Source: Fibrobacterota bacterium
Lineage (GTDB): Bacteria; Fibrobacterota; Fibrobacteria; UBA11236
Direction: 5' to 3'
Assembly: GCA_019509785.1 (NCBI GenBank)
Contig: JAEKLQ010000032.1
Span: 11,229-75,228, forward strand
Length of the DNA: 64,000 nt
This document shows, in pieces, positions 47,942 through 58,379 of the stretch; the stretch's first letter is position 1; each line of letters opens with the position of its first letter. The position numbers and the translations under genes are program-made. Under the pieces are notes generated by a model. It ran no database searches. It saw only the letters and a list, made by a program, of their open reading frames with translations, and was not told where the DNA came from.

Positions 47942-49117
47942 TTGATTCTTCTATTCGACATGCAGACCGGCGCTTCCGGGGACATGATCCTGGGCGCCCT
48001 TTTCGATCTCGGTCTCGACTTCGGGGAATGGAAACGCGGAATCGATTCTTTGCGGCTCCCCGAAATGAACATGCGCGTCGAACGCGTCGTGAAGCAGGGG
48101 CTGACCGCCGCCCATTTCCGCATCGATGCCCCCCATGAGCATGCCCATCGCGGGCTTACGGAAATCCGGGCCATCTTGGAAAGAGGCGCCTTGCCGCCGC
48201 GGTCGCTGGAACGGGCCTTGGCGGTCTTCACGCGTTTGGCGGAAGCGGAAGCGCGCATCCATGGGGTGCCGGTGGATCAAGTGCATTTCCACGAGGTGGG
48301 CGCCTTGGACGCCATCGTGGACATCGCCGGGGCCTGCCTGGGCTTCGAGATGCTGGGCATCTCCGGATTCTTCACCACCCCTTTCACCTTCGGGTCGGGC
48401 ACGGTCAGATCCGCCCATGGCGAGTTGGCCGTACCCGTCCCTGCTACCTTGGCCCTCACCGAGGGCTTTCCTTCGCGCCGCACGGGACTGCCAGGGGAAC
48501 TGGTCACTCCCACGGGCGCGGCCCTGATCGCGGCGCTTTCCGATCCGCTTCCCGACGGTTTCACCGCTTCCCTGGTGCGCGCGGGATACGGCGCGGGTAC
48601 GCGCGATTTGCCCGGCATCGCCAACGTCCTGCGCATATGCCTGATGCGGGAGGCGGCCGCCGATGTTTCGGGTTATGCGGTGTTCCAGGTAGAATGTAAT
48701 TTGGACAACATGGCCCCCGAGCTCATCGGATATACGGCTGGGCGGCTGCGGACGGCCGGTTGCAAGGACGTCTGGCAAGAGCCCATCCACATGAAGAAGG
48801 ATCGCAGCGCGGTTAAGCTCTGCGCCCTTGCGGATCGCGCGGCGCTCGACGCGGCGCTGACCATCATCGCCGCCGAGACCGCCACCGGCGGGGTGCGCTG
48901 GTTCCCAGTACAACGGTTGGTAGCGGAAAAGACCATGGGCATCGTCTCGACTTCCTATGGCGAGGTGGAAGTGAAGCGGATCTCCTTTCCCGGGCGCGCG
49001 GCCTCCCGATGGTCGCCGGAATACGAGAGCTGCCGCAAACTCGCCGAAGCCAAAGGCGCTCCCTTGCAGGACGTTTACCGCGAGGCCCTCGCGCGGGCCA
49101 TGGGAAAGGACCGATGA
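47942..49117 (+). CDS. larC: Nickel pincer cofactor biosynthesis protein LarC
   Basis: GASGDMILGAL, HFHEVGALDAIVD, PVPAT, TPTGAA, NLDN, MKK.R and PEYESC. Confidence 0.93.
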   Translation: MILLFDMQTGASGDMILGALFDLGLDFGEWKRGIDSLRLPEMNMRVERVVKQGLTAAHFRIDAPHEHAHRGLTEIRAILERGALPPRSLERALAVFTRLAEAEARIHGVPVDQVHFHEVGALDAIVDIAGACLGFEMLGISGFFTTPFTFGSGTVRSAHGELAVPVPATLALTEGFPSRRTGLPGELVTPTGAALIAALSDPLPDGFTASLVRAGYGAGTRDLPGIANVLRICLMREAAADVSGYAVFQVECNLDNMAPELIGYTAGRLRTAGCKDVWQEPIHMKKDRSAVKLCALADRAALDAALTIIAAETATGGVRWFPVQRLVAEKTMGIVSTSYGEVEVKRISFPGRAASRWSPEYESCRKLAEAKGAPLQDVYREALARAMGKDR

Positions 49118-50031
49118 TCCAACTTCCCGGCATGCACCTGGAGCAACGTAAGGGCGATCCACGCAAGCTGAAAGGCAAGCTGATCGCCTACGTCCGCGTG
49201 GAAACCGACGAGGGCGAATCGACCTCGGGCCCGGGCGATGAGGGCAACGCGAACGCCTTGGCCGCCATGGTGCGGAACGGCATCCTGGCCGTGCAGGCCA
49301 ACTTCGTGGACCAGCGCAACATCCGCGACTTCTTCCGGGAAGAGTTCGGGATTTCCCTGGAGAAGGGGATCCAGGAAGTGATCGATCAAGCCAAAGAAAC
49401 CGGCGGCCTGGAAGGCGCCTTGGATCCGGAGGCCGTGAAAGAGCGTTTGGACTCGATGAAGAACGCCGATTTCATCCCCATCCCGGCCAAGATCGCATTC
49501 TTCAGCAGCGAAGCGGAGATGCTCTCCGGCGACGCGGACGTCTACTATCTCGGTTCCTTCACCGTGCTCAGCCATGCCCACCTGTGCGTGAACTCCTTCC
49601 CGATCATCTACCAAGCCTATTTCCGGGAGCAGGAACATCGCGCCATGGAACGGGAGATCGCGGCCTTGCTCGGCAACATCGAGGATCCGCGCAGGGGGGA
49701 GGGCGAGAGCGCCGGGGAAACCCCGCGGCTACAGACCTATCGGGGCGATATCAAGGCCTACCTGCTCAAGGACATCATCCCCAATATGATCTATAGCCTG
49801 AGCGATCCGGCCGAATACCAGAAGGCCTTGTCCCACTTCAAGGAATTCATGGGCGATTTCGGTTATCCGGAAGACATGCAGGCCATCATCAACCTGGTCG
49901 AATCGACGCCCCAGCACGATGCCAAGGGCCTCCGGAAGTTGGAGTTGTTGGTCGCCAAGGTGGAAGCGTTGCAGAACGAGGATTACGAGAAGTTGGACGG
50001 AATCCGTAACGAATTGGGCAAGCTCGGCTAG
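49114..50031 (+). CDS. Hypothetical protein with C-terminal UVR-like motif
   Basis: ATGA overlap with larC; ends NEDYEKLDGIRNEL. Confidence 0.7.
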   Translation: MIQLPGMHLEQRKGDPRKLKGKLIAYVRVETDEGESTSGPGDEGNANALAAMVRNGILAVQANFVDQRNIRDFFREEFGISLEKGIQEVIDQAKETGGLEGALDPEAVKERLDSMKNADFIPIPAKIAFFSSEAEMLSGDADVYYLGSFTVLSHAHLCVNSFPIIYQAYFREQEHRAMEREIAALLGNIEDPRRGEGESAGETPRLQTYRGDIKAYLLKDIIPNMIYSLSDPAEYQKALSHFKEFMGDFGYPEDMQAIINLVESTPQHDAKGLRKLELLVAKVEALQNEDYEKLDGIRNELGKLG

Positions 50032-50065
50032 CCGCTCGGCTCAGCAGGGATTTTTTTTCGTCCCT

Positions 50066-50842
50066 TCACGGGTCCAGGCCGTCTTCCCTTCCCAGTGCGG
50101 AGGCGCCGGCATAACGCTCGATCCGGCAGGCCCCGTTCTCCATGACGGCGTAGCGCATCCCGTAAAGCCACTCCCCGCTGTTCACGTAGATGCCTTCCGG
50201 AACGTCCTTTACGAAAGCCGCATGCGTATGCCCGTGCATTACGATATCGCAATCGCCGCGGGCGAGCAGGGCCCGGCCGGCGGCCTCGTATTCGTCCAGC
50301 TTACGCGGGCGGTTCCCGTGCCGGTCGCGGGAAAGCCCGCTGATGGCGTTCGCCAAACCCATGCCCCAGTCGGGATGCAATAGGCGGAACAGGAGGTTGG
50401 AAAGGGGATTCCGGAACACCTTCTTCATGATCCGATAGCGGCCATCGCTGGCCGCCAGCCCGTCCCCATGGAGCAGTAGAAGCCTTTTGCCTTGCAGTTC
50501 CACCCGGAGCTCGTCGGCATGCACCTGAAGGCCCAACTGATCTCGGAAGAAGTCGCCCAGGTTGAAGTCGTGGTTGCCCGCCAGGTAGTGGACCTCGACG
50601 CCGGAACGGGACAGGGCTTCCAGCGCCGCCAGCACCCGGAAGTGGCTTTTAGGCACGTAGCTCCGGTACTCCATCCAGAATTCGAACAAATCGCCCAGGA
50701 TGAAAAGATGGGATGCCCGCGGCGCGTCTTCGCGGAGGAACCGTAACAGCCAGGTTTCCCTCTCCGCCGGCATCCCGCGGTAGCGCGCTCCCAGGTGAAG
50801 GTCGGATATGAAGTAGGCGGGCCGGGCTTGGTTCATGCTCAC
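50066..50842 (-). CDS. lpxH: UDP-2,3-diacylglucosamine diphosphatase
   Basis: FISDLHLG, LGDLFEFW, GNHD, HGD and GHTH metallophosphoesterase motifs. Confidence 0.85.
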   Translation of the reverse strand: MSMNQARPAYFISDLHLGARYRGMPAERETWLLRFLREDAPRASHLFILGDLFEFWMEYRSYVPKSHFRVLAALEALSRSGVEVHYLAGNHDFNLGDFFRDQLGLQVHADELRVELQGKRLLLLHGDGLAASDGRYRIMKKVFRNPLSNLLFRLLHPDWGMGLANAISGLSRDRHGNRPRKLDEYEAAGRALLARGDCDIVMHGHTHAAFVKDVPEGIYVNSGEWLYGMRYAVMENGACRIERYAGASALGREDGLDP

Positions 50843-50879
50843 GGTATTTTAGCTAAATTGGATAACCAAGAGGATCCCG

Positions 50880-51203
50880 ATGCGCCTGCAAGCGACCCCC
50901 CATAAGCTTCACCTGTTCTTCTGCACCAATACGCGCGAAAACGGGGATAAGTCCTGCGGGGATACCCCGGCTACGCGTGTCCTCGCCGACCTGCTCAAGG
51001 CGCGGTTCAAGGAGGCCAAGCTCCCCATCCGCATCACCCGCACGTCCTGCCTCGGCCCCTGCGCCCAAGGCCCCAACATCATGTGCTATCCCCAAGAGGT
51101 ATGGTTCCAGGACGTCCGGGAGGAAGATGTCGATGAAATCGAGGCCCAAGTGAAGCGCATCCTCGCCTCCGCGACCGCCGGAAAGTCCGGAACCGCCGGA
51201 TAG
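50880..51203 (+). CDS. Thioredoxin-like (2Fe-2S) ferredoxin
   Basis: FFCTN...SC...TSCLGPCAQGP..YP..VW. Confidence 0.88.
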   Translation: MRLQATPHKLHLFFCTNTRENGDKSCGDTPATRVLADLLKARFKEAKLPIRITRTSCLGPCAQGPNIMCYPQEVWFQDVREEDVDEIEAQVKRILASATAGKSGTAG

Positions 51204-51289
51204 CCCGGTCATCCCGGCCCTAGCCCCGAACGCCTGACGGGAAACCGGCGGCCAAAGGTCCACGACCCCGGGCCGGCACGGCGGATGGA

Positions 51290-53014
51290 TCAATCCTGAT
51301 GGTAAATCATGCTGTCCTTGGTTTCCTTCACGAAGAGCATGCCGACTACGAAGGTTGCCAAGGCGATCACGACGGGATACCAGAGGCCGCTGAAAATATT
51401 GCCGCGGGCGGCGACGATGGAAAACGCGATGGCCGGCAGGAAACCGCCGAACCAGCCATTGCCGATATGGTAGGGCAGGCTCATCGACGTGTAGCGGATG
51501 CGGGTGGGGAACATTTCGACGAGCATGGCGGCAATCGGACCATAAACCATGGTCACGTAAATCACCAGGATGGTCAGTAGGCCCACCAGGGCGAACCATT
51601 GGCCGGAGAAGGCGTTGATGGGGTCGGCCTTGGAGGGGTAACCGGCTTTATCCAAGGCGGCCCTCAGCTCGGTCTCGAACCGGACCTTTTCCGTTTTGGC
51701 CGTAGGCGCCGCGCCGTCATAGCCGACAATGGAGGCGTCGCCCACGGTGACGGTGGCAATCGATCCGGCGGGACCTTCGACCTTGTCGTAATTGACGCCC
51801 TGGTTCGCCAGGAAAGAGCGGGAGACATCGCAAGGCGTCGTGAACTTGGCCGTACCCGTCAGGTTGAGAACCAGGTTGCAAGTGGAAGGATCCGAGACGA
51901 CCTTGACGGGCGATGCGGCAATGGCGGCTTTGAGTTTCGGATTGGCGACGGCGGTGATGGCTTTGAAAATCGGGAAATATGTGAGGGCGGCGATCAGGCA
52001 TCCCGCCATGATAATGGGCTTGCGGCCGATGCGATCCGAAAGCCCGCCGAAGATGACGAAGAACGGGGTTCCCAGTATGAGCGAAGCCGCGATGAGGATG
52101 TTGGCGGTGGGCGCCGCGACCTTCAGGAAAGTCTGCAGGAAATAAAGCGCATAAAATTGGCCGGTATACCAGACCACGGCCTGGCCCGCCGTGAGCCCGA
52201 AGAGCGCCAGCAGTACGATGCGCAGATTCGGCCCATGCAGGAATGATTCCTTGAGCGGGGCTTTGGAGGTTTTCCCTTCGGCTTTGATTTTCAGGAAAGC
52301 GGGCGACTCGCTGAGTTTAACGCGGATCCACACCGAGATGACCAGCAGGATGCCCGAGAAGGCGAAGGGAATGCGCCATCCGCCCCAAGCGGCGCCGAAA
52401 GCCTTTTCGCCTTCGGGTGAGAATGTCCCGCCGCCGGAATAGTAACGCGTCGCCAGGATAACCATGAGGGCCAACATCAACCCCACCGTGGCCGTGGTTT
52501 GGATCCAGCTCGTGTACAATCCGCGGCGCCCATGCGGAGCATGCTCGGCGACATAAGTCGCGGCGCCGCCGTATTCGCCGCCCAGGGCGAGCCCCTGCAA
52601 GAGGCGGAGCGCGATGAGGCAGCAGGGGGCGAAGATCCCCCAAGCGCTATAGCTCGGCAAAAAGGTAAGCAGAAAGGTGGAGAAACCCATGATGAGGATG
52701 GTCGCCAGGAAGGTGTACTTGCGGCCGATCATATCCCCCAAGCGGCCGAAAACGATCGCGCCGAACGGGCGCACGGCGAAACCGGCGGCGAAGGTCAGCA
52801 AGGTGAAAATGTTGCGCGTGGCGGGATCGAGAGGCGCGAAGAACTGGGCGCCGATGATGGTCGTCAAGACCCCGAAAAGGTAGAAGTCGTACCACTCGAA
52901 AATCGTTCCCAGGGAAGACGCGAAAATGACTTTTCTCTCTTCTGCCGAAATGGGGCGCGTTTTGCCTGCTTTCTCTCCGGTCGAAACGGGATTGATCGTA
53001 TCAGCTGTCGCCAT
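51290..53014 (-). CDS. MFS transporter, MHS (metabolite:H+ symporter) family
   Basis: EWYDFY, FGRLGD.IGRK, QGLALGGEYGGA, ESP and FPTRIRY. Confidence 0.93.
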   Translation of the reverse strand: MATADTINPVSTGEKAGKTRPISAEERKVIFASSLGTIFEWYDFYLFGVLTTIIGAQFFAPLDPATRNIFTLLTFAAGFAVRPFGAIVFGRLGDMIGRKYTFLATILIMGFSTFLLTFLPSYSAWGIFAPCCLIALRLLQGLALGGEYGGAATYVAEHAPHGRRGLYTSWIQTTATVGLMLALMVILATRYYSGGGTFSPEGEKAFGAAWGGWRIPFAFSGILLVISVWIRVKLSESPAFLKIKAEGKTSKAPLKESFLHGPNLRIVLLALFGLTAGQAVVWYTGQFYALYFLQTFLKVAAPTANILIAASLILGTPFFVIFGGLSDRIGRKPIIMAGCLIAALTYFPIFKAITAVANPKLKAAIAASPVKVVSDPSTCNLVLNLTGTAKFTTPCDVSRSFLANQGVNYDKVEGPAGSIATVTVGDASIVGYDGAAPTAKTEKVRFETELRAALDKAGYPSKADPINAFSGQWFALVGLLTILVIYVTMVYGPIAAMLVEMFPTRIRYTSMSLPYHIGNGWFGGFLPAIAFSIVAARGNIFSGLWYPVVIALATFVVGMLFVKETKDSMIYHQD

Positions 53015-53235
53015 GGTTTGCCTTTCGGATGAGAAGTGGTGAATATGTACATCCAAACCCCGTTCCGCAACATATAGAGGTGCGGGCAATTTCGAGAAGT
53101 TAAAACACGCTTGTGAAGAAAAGCATTCTCGCGTCCGGAAATGCCGGATAGGTCCGGAACCGCGGATTATCGGACTGATCTTTCTTTCTCTCCAGATTCA
53201 TCGGTAGCTTCTTACCCGGTTTTCCTTCCTAGGGC

Positions 53236-53267
53236 GAAAATCTTGCGGTGAGAAAATCTTGTGGTGA
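53236..53267. promoter_or_regulatory. Tandem 16-bp direct repeat in divergent promoter region
   Basis: GAAAATCTTGCGGTGA / GAAAATCTTGTGGTGA. Confidence 0.45.
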
Positions 53268-53377
53268 ATGGCAATGATTGGAATTATTCTTTTGCCGCTT
53301 TACCGGGCCGGCGTAAACGCCGGACGGATTTCTTAAAAGCTTCATTCCCACCAACAAGGCTCAGCCAAAGGACGGTT

Positions 53378-54580
53378 ATGAAATCGAATTCGCTTCACGC
53401 CCTCGTTTTACTATTCGCGGTGGGCGGGGCCGTTCCGGCCGCGCATGCCCAGACGGCGGCCCCGGCCGCCGCGGAAGCCGGGCCCAATGTCGGCGTTACG
53501 CCCAAGGGCGGCGGTCTCTTCATCAAGAGCGATGACGGCCGCGCCGTCGTCCGCCTGATGGGCTACGCCCAACCGACCTTCATCGCCACCGCCGAATCCA
53601 ACAAGCAGGCCTATAAGATCCCGTCTTTCTTCGTGCGCCGCGCGCGGGCGGACTTCAAGGCCGAGTACGATAGCCTATACACCCTGTTCTTCGAATACGA
53701 CGGGGGGCCGGCCGCCGGCACTTCCCTCGTGGAAGGCTATGCGCAAGCCGCCCTCGTTAAGGACTACTTGAACTTCCGCATGGGTAAATACATCCAGCCT
53801 TTCAGCGCGGAGAATCTGCGTTCATCGCGGGCGTTGGAGACGGTGGAGCGCTTCCAGGCCTTGAACGCTTTAATCGGATTGCCCGCTTTCGACGCCAAGA
53901 TCGGGGCCATGTTCTTCGGGACCTTGGATCCGGCGAAGCAGGTCAAATACTTCCTCGGCGTGAACAACGGGGGGACGGGCACGGCCGGAACCGGCGGCGA
54001 CGTACGCGACAACAATTGGCAGAAGGATTGCATCGCCCGTTTCGAATATTCTTCCGGCAAGACCCTTCGCGTCGGCGTGGCGGGGGACTATGATAAGGAG
54101 AAGGGCCAAACGCTCAGCGTGAAGAGTTATTCCGGCGCCGTCTTCGATAGCCTGCACGTGTATGGCACCCGCATCGGCGTGGACGTGGACCTCCACTCCC
54201 AGCTCAACAACCTGGGATTGGAAGCCGAATGGCTTTGGGCCGATTTCTCGGACACCGGCGCGAGCATGAATGGCGGTTATGTCCAAGCGGGATATTGGGT
54301 GAAGGGAAGCGAGGCTGAAGGCGGTATGGAACCCTTGCTGCGGCTGGAATACACGCATGTGTCAGCCGATCATCCTATCGGACCAGTATCCGGTGACGTC
54401 GATGGCGCTACCTTGATGGCGGCCACCTTGGGCGTCAATTGGTGGATGAACGGATGGACGCGTTGGCAGTTCAACTTGATCGAGGAAACGACATCGAAGA
54501 AGGGGAATGGCACCTACGCCGCCGCCGACGATGGCCGCTTCCTTCCGACCCTGTTCGCCCAGTTCCAGATCAAGTTCTAA
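53378..54580 (+). CDS. OprO/OprP-like porin
   Basis: Signal peptide, FVRRAR, PFSAE.L.SS..L..VER, TLGVNWW and terminal QIKF. Confidence 0.85.
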   Translation: MKSNSLHALVLLFAVGGAVPAAHAQTAAPAAAEAGPNVGVTPKGGGLFIKSDDGRAVVRLMGYAQPTFIATAESNKQAYKIPSFFVRRARADFKAEYDSLYTLFFEYDGGPAAGTSLVEGYAQAALVKDYLNFRMGKYIQPFSAENLRSSRALETVERFQALNALIGLPAFDAKIGAMFFGTLDPAKQVKYFLGVNNGGTGTAGTGGDVRDNNWQKDCIARFEYSSGKTLRVGVAGDYDKEKGQTLSVKSYSGAVFDSLHVYGTRIGVDVDLHSQLNNLGLEAEWLWADFSDTGASMNGGYVQAGYWVKGSEAEGGMEPLLRLEYTHVSADHPIGPVSGDVDGATLMAATLGVNWWMNGWTRWQFNLIEETTSKKGNGTYAAADDGRFLPTLFAQFQIKF

Positions 54581-54622
54581 GACCGGGGCAATCCCCTTCC
54601 GCCGCGCGAGCTTGGCCGCCAG

Positions 54623-55642
54623 TCAGGCCCGCGCGGTTTCCGCTTCCGCCATCAACTCGCTGCAGGCCGGCGTGGCGCACCACGCCCGCGCCTCCAGGGC
54701 CTTGAACTTGGCCGCGAATTCGGCGCCCACGTCCCAATCCCAGGCCTCCATGGCGGGTTTGCCGTCTGTCGCGATGCGCAGGCAAAAGGCATGCAGCAGA
54801 TGGCGCCGGGCTCCCAGGGCCGCGTAATCGGCCTCGTCCAGTTCCGCGTCCAGCCGTTTCATATATGCGCGGCCGCCGTCGGCGTAAATCTTGTCTCCCA
54901 CGATGGGACAGCCGAGATGGGCGAGATGCGCCCGCAACTGATGCTTGCGGCCCGTGATGGGTGCGAGGGCCACCAAGCCCATGCCGTCCCGCTCTGCGAT
55001 TACGCGGTACAAGGTCAGGGACGGCCTCCCGCCGGCTTGCACGTGCATTTGGCTGCGGATGGGGGAGACCGGCCCCTCTCCGTCGCGGCTCTCCCCCAAG
55101 GGAGCGTCGATGGCCCCGGAAAGGGATGGCGGTAGCCCGCGGGTTACTGCGACGTAGAGCTTGAGCCAGCGGGCACCGGGAGCGGAAGGGGCATGGGTAC
55201 GGGCCGCCTCCGCGCCGCGGGCGAAAGCCATAAGCCCGCTGGTCTCGCGGTCCAGCCGGTTCAACGGGGCCCAGGCATCGTCCCCGAGTTCCTCCCGGAC
55301 CAGGTTGGCCAGGGTCTGGAAAAAAATCTTCCCGGTCCGGTGTACCGGCATGCCCGCGGGTTTATGCACGAAAGCCAGTTCCGGGCCGCGCTCCAGCACG
55401 CGGAAATCCAACGGCACCTCGGGTTCCTCGTAATCCACGACGTCGAAGCGAAGGCGCATGCCCTCGCGCAAACGCTCGTCCCCGCGGGCGGGAGCGCCCT
55501 CGAGTTCGAAGCGGCCCAGGGCCAGGAGCCGATCCCATTCCCCGGGCCCATGGTAGGTGAAGCGACGCGACAGGTATTCGGCCAGATTGGCGCCGCCCGG
55601 ATTGCGGATGATGGAGGTGAACGAAGAGTTGATGAGGGGCAT
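54623..55642 (-). CDS. RluA family pseudouridine synthase
   Basis: KPAGMPVH, NRLDRETSG, TGRKHQLRAH, PIVGD.IY and LHA. Confidence 0.92.
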   Translation of the reverse strand: MPLINSSFTSIIRNPGGANLAEYLSRRFTYHGPGEWDRLLALGRFELEGAPARGDERLREGMRLRFDVVDYEEPEVPLDFRVLERGPELAFVHKPAGMPVHRTGKIFFQTLANLVREELGDDAWAPLNRLDRETSGLMAFARGAEAARTHAPSAPGARWLKLYVAVTRGLPPSLSGAIDAPLGESRDGEGPVSPIRSQMHVQAGGRPSLTLYRVIAERDGMGLVALAPITGRKHQLRAHLAHLGCPIVGDKIYADGGRAYMKRLDAELDEADYAALGARRHLLHAFCLRIATDGKPAMEAWDWDVGAEFAAKFKALEARAWCATPACSELMAEAETARA

Positions 55643-55691
55643 GGATCGATTTCGCCGTTGCCGGCCTAGGCCAAAGGCTCAGCCGGGAACG

Positions 55692-55718
55692 AAAAAGGGG
55701 CGGCCGATGGCCGCCCCC
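55692..55718 (-). terminator. Rho-independent terminator
   Basis: AAAAA-GGGGCGGCC-GAT-GGCCGCCCC, 25 nt beyond the redoxin stop. Confidence 0.75.
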
Positions 55719-55742
55719 TGGTTCCGCGCCGGAACGGGATGA

Positions 55743-56318
55743 TCACTTGGCCGAAGCGAATTGGGCCGCTTCGGTCTTGATCTGATTGGGAGTCTGGTCC
55801 GCATCGAAGGACTTGTAGCGGATGTATTCGCCTTTCTCGTTGATCACGATCAGCAGCGGGATGGAGCCCGTACCGTAGTTCTCGCCGATGGAGCGGTCTT
55901 CATCATAGAACACCGGCATGTGCACGCTGTAGTCGCGGATGAATCCGCGGATATCGTCCTCGGTGTTGTACTTGATGGCGATGGCGATGGAGGTGAAGCC
56001 CTGGGCGTTCAGATCATCGGCCAGCTTTTGCACGTAGGGAATGGCGTGCTGGCAATGCGGGCATTTCGCGGAGAAGTAGAAGATAAGGAGCTTACGGTTC
56101 GCGAAATGGGAGAACTTGAGGTTGGCGTCCGAGATCGGCTTGGGGGTCAGCGCGAAATTGATATGGGCGCGCTTGCCCTTCTTGTCGAGCTCGAAGGTTG
56201 GCGGCGCCTCGGGAGCTTCCGGTCCCTGAACCGGACCGCGCAAGGGTTGGGCGCCCGCCAGATCGAAGGCAAGGCAGGTCAGGATGGTAGCCGTCAGGAA
56301 AACCTTGATTTGCCGCAT
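55743..56318 (-). CDS. TlpA-like periplasmic redoxin
   Basis: Signal peptide, CPHC and cis-Pro IP..IVI..KG. Start at 56318 or 56330. Confidence 0.85.
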   Translation of the reverse strand: MRQIKVFLTATILTCLAFDLAGAQPLRGPVQGPEAPEAPPTFELDKKGKRAHINFALTPKPISDANLKFSHFANRKLLIFYFSAKCPHCQHAIPYVQKLADDLNAQGFTSIAIAIKYNTEDDIRGFIRDYSVHMPVFYDEDRSIGENYGTGSIPLLIVINEKGEYIRYKSFDADQTPNQIKTEAAQFASAK

Positions 56319-56632
56319 AGGAACGCTCATCTCCTCGGATATTACCGTGTCTTTTGGACCCTAGAAAGATACCAGTCCAAGCGAACCAGGACAAGCCGGG
56401 AACATCGAACCGGATAGGATATCGCCATATCCCGTAATCCGTCCCTGGCCCCAAAAGCCGTGGAACTAGGCGCGGGATTTTTTCTAAGACATGGTGGGAT
56501 ATGGGATTGCGATTGTAGCGGGGTGGGGGTTATTGTATACTTATACGGTGACCAATTCCGCGATTCGCGCGTCCCGGGCCGGGACCCAGGCCTTGGGGAA
56601 AGCGTCCGTTTTCCATACGACGCGGGCTTGAA

Positions 56633-58375
56633 ATGGAGACTCCCTTGGATTCGGGACCCCACGGCGGCGACCTCACATCCGAAGTCTATAAGCTAAGGCA
56701 GCAGAACGTCCAGCTCCAGCATTTGCTGAAGTATAAGGACGATGTGGAAATCCCCACCCTGAAGCGTCAGATGGGCCATTTCCAGCACGAGCTGCAAGCC
56801 ACCAAGGCCCAGATGAGCGAGACGGCGAAGCAAGAGGACTTCATCGATCGGCGGTCGGGCATCCTCCACATCGATCGCGACATGCGCGTGGTGAAGATCA
56901 ATAGCTACGCGTTGGAAATCCTCGGCACCTTGCACACCCAGGCCATCGGCCGGCCCATCAAGGAAGTGGGGGTGAACTCGCAATCCGGCCGCCCCATCTT
57001 CGGGGACATCGATTATTACCTCGAGCCCGAAGGCAGGGAGAGCGAGTGGGAGAAGGAAATCCCCATGCCCAACGGGGAGAAGCGCTACTACCACTTCCGC
57101 AGCGCCCTCATCAACGGCATCCGCCTCGTCAGCATCAGCGAGGTGACCGATCTGCGCCTCTCCGAAAGCCGCGTCAAGGCCATCATCGGCTCGTCCAAGG
57201 ATGGCATCGCCTTGGTGGACGAGGGCTCGGTGATCCGTTCCACCAACGCCCGCTTCGGCAAGCTATTCGGGCTGAACTGGCGCCAGTTCGCGGGCATGCA
57301 ATTCGACATCGCCGCCGAGCTGCTGCAATACCATTTCAAGGACCCGCACGAGTTCATGGCCTTTTACGGCGCCATCCAGAAAGAGCCGCAGCTGCATTCC
57401 GAAGGCCTGTTCGAAATGGTGCTGCCGCAATCGGCCGCCTTCCAGATCTACACGCGTCCGATCGTGGATGAGCAAAGCCGCCTGATTGGTCGCGTATGGT
57501 TCGTCACGGATGTCACCAATTTCAAGGAGATGGAGAAGAAGCTGGCCGCCGACGCGGCCAACCTGGAAGTCAAGGTCAACGAGCGCACCGAGGAACTGTA
57601 CGTCCAGAACCAAGAACTGGTGCGCGTGCGCCAGGAGATCGAGATGGAGCTGGACATGGCCAAGCAGGTGCAGCAAGGCATGCTGCCCAAGACCTTGCCC
57701 AAGCTGGACGGGTACGAGGTGGGGGCCGCCTACGCGCCTACCGGCAAGGTTTCCGGCGACTTCTACGATTTCATCCGGTTGGACGAGGATCGCATATTCA
57801 TGCTCATGACCGACGTTTCCGGGCATGGCGTCCCGGCGGCCCTGGTCACGGCGATGGCCAAGATGGCCTTCGACCGCCACGTGAAGGCGGGCCTTTCCGT
57901 CTCGGCGATCCTCATGAACGTGAACGTGGATTTATGCGCGGCCATCAATACCGATCATTACCTCACCGCATTCGCGGGCATCCTCGATCTCAACACCGGG
58001 AAGCTGACCTATAGCCGGGTATGCCATCCCTATCCGGTCATCTACCGGCACGCGGACCAGAGCCTGGAGCATTTGCAGATGCGCGGGGGCTTTTTCCTGG
58101 GCATGTTCGAGGACAATAGCTATTCCGAACAGGAGACCTTCCTGAACCCCGGCGATCTCCTCTTCGTATACACCGACGGCATCAACGAGAGCTTCAACAA
58201 CAAGGATGAACTCTACGGGCGCAAGCGCCTGGACGAGGTGATCCTCCGGTTCGCCCGCCACGGAGCCCAGGAAACCATCGCCCAGGCGCAGCTCGACAAG
58301 GAGCGGTTCTCCGAAGGGCGGCAAAGCCTCGACGATATCTCGATTTTCGCCATCAAGCGGCGGGAAGCCAGGTAA
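56633..58375 (+). CDS. PAS-domain SpoIIE/PP2C family phosphatase
   Basis: Two PAS-like regions and a coiled coil; VSGDFYD, DVSGHG, YTDG and DDIS. Confidence 0.92.
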   Translation: METPLDSGPHGGDLTSEVYKLRQQNVQLQHLLKYKDDVEIPTLKRQMGHFQHELQATKAQMSETAKQEDFIDRRSGILHIDRDMRVVKINSYALEILGTLHTQAIGRPIKEVGVNSQSGRPIFGDIDYYLEPEGRESEWEKEIPMPNGEKRYYHFRSALINGIRLVSISEVTDLRLSESRVKAIIGSSKDGIALVDEGSVIRSTNARFGKLFGLNWRQFAGMQFDIAAELLQYHFKDPHEFMAFYGAIQKEPQLHSEGLFEMVLPQSAAFQIYTRPIVDEQSRLIGRVWFVTDVTNFKEMEKKLAADAANLEVKVNERTEELYVQNQELVRVRQEIEMELDMAKQVQQGMLPKTLPKLDGYEVGAAYAPTGKVSGDFYDFIRLDEDRIFMLMTDVSGHGVPAALVTAMAKMAFDRHVKAGLSVSAILMNVNVDLCAAINTDHYLTAFAGILDLNTGKLTYSRVCHPYPVIYRHADQSLEHLQMRGGFFLGMFEDNSYSEQETFLNPGDLLFVYTDGINESFNNKDELYGRKRLDEVILRFARHGAQETIAQAQLDKERFSEGRQSLDDISIFAIKRREAR

Positions 58376-58379
58376 GAAA

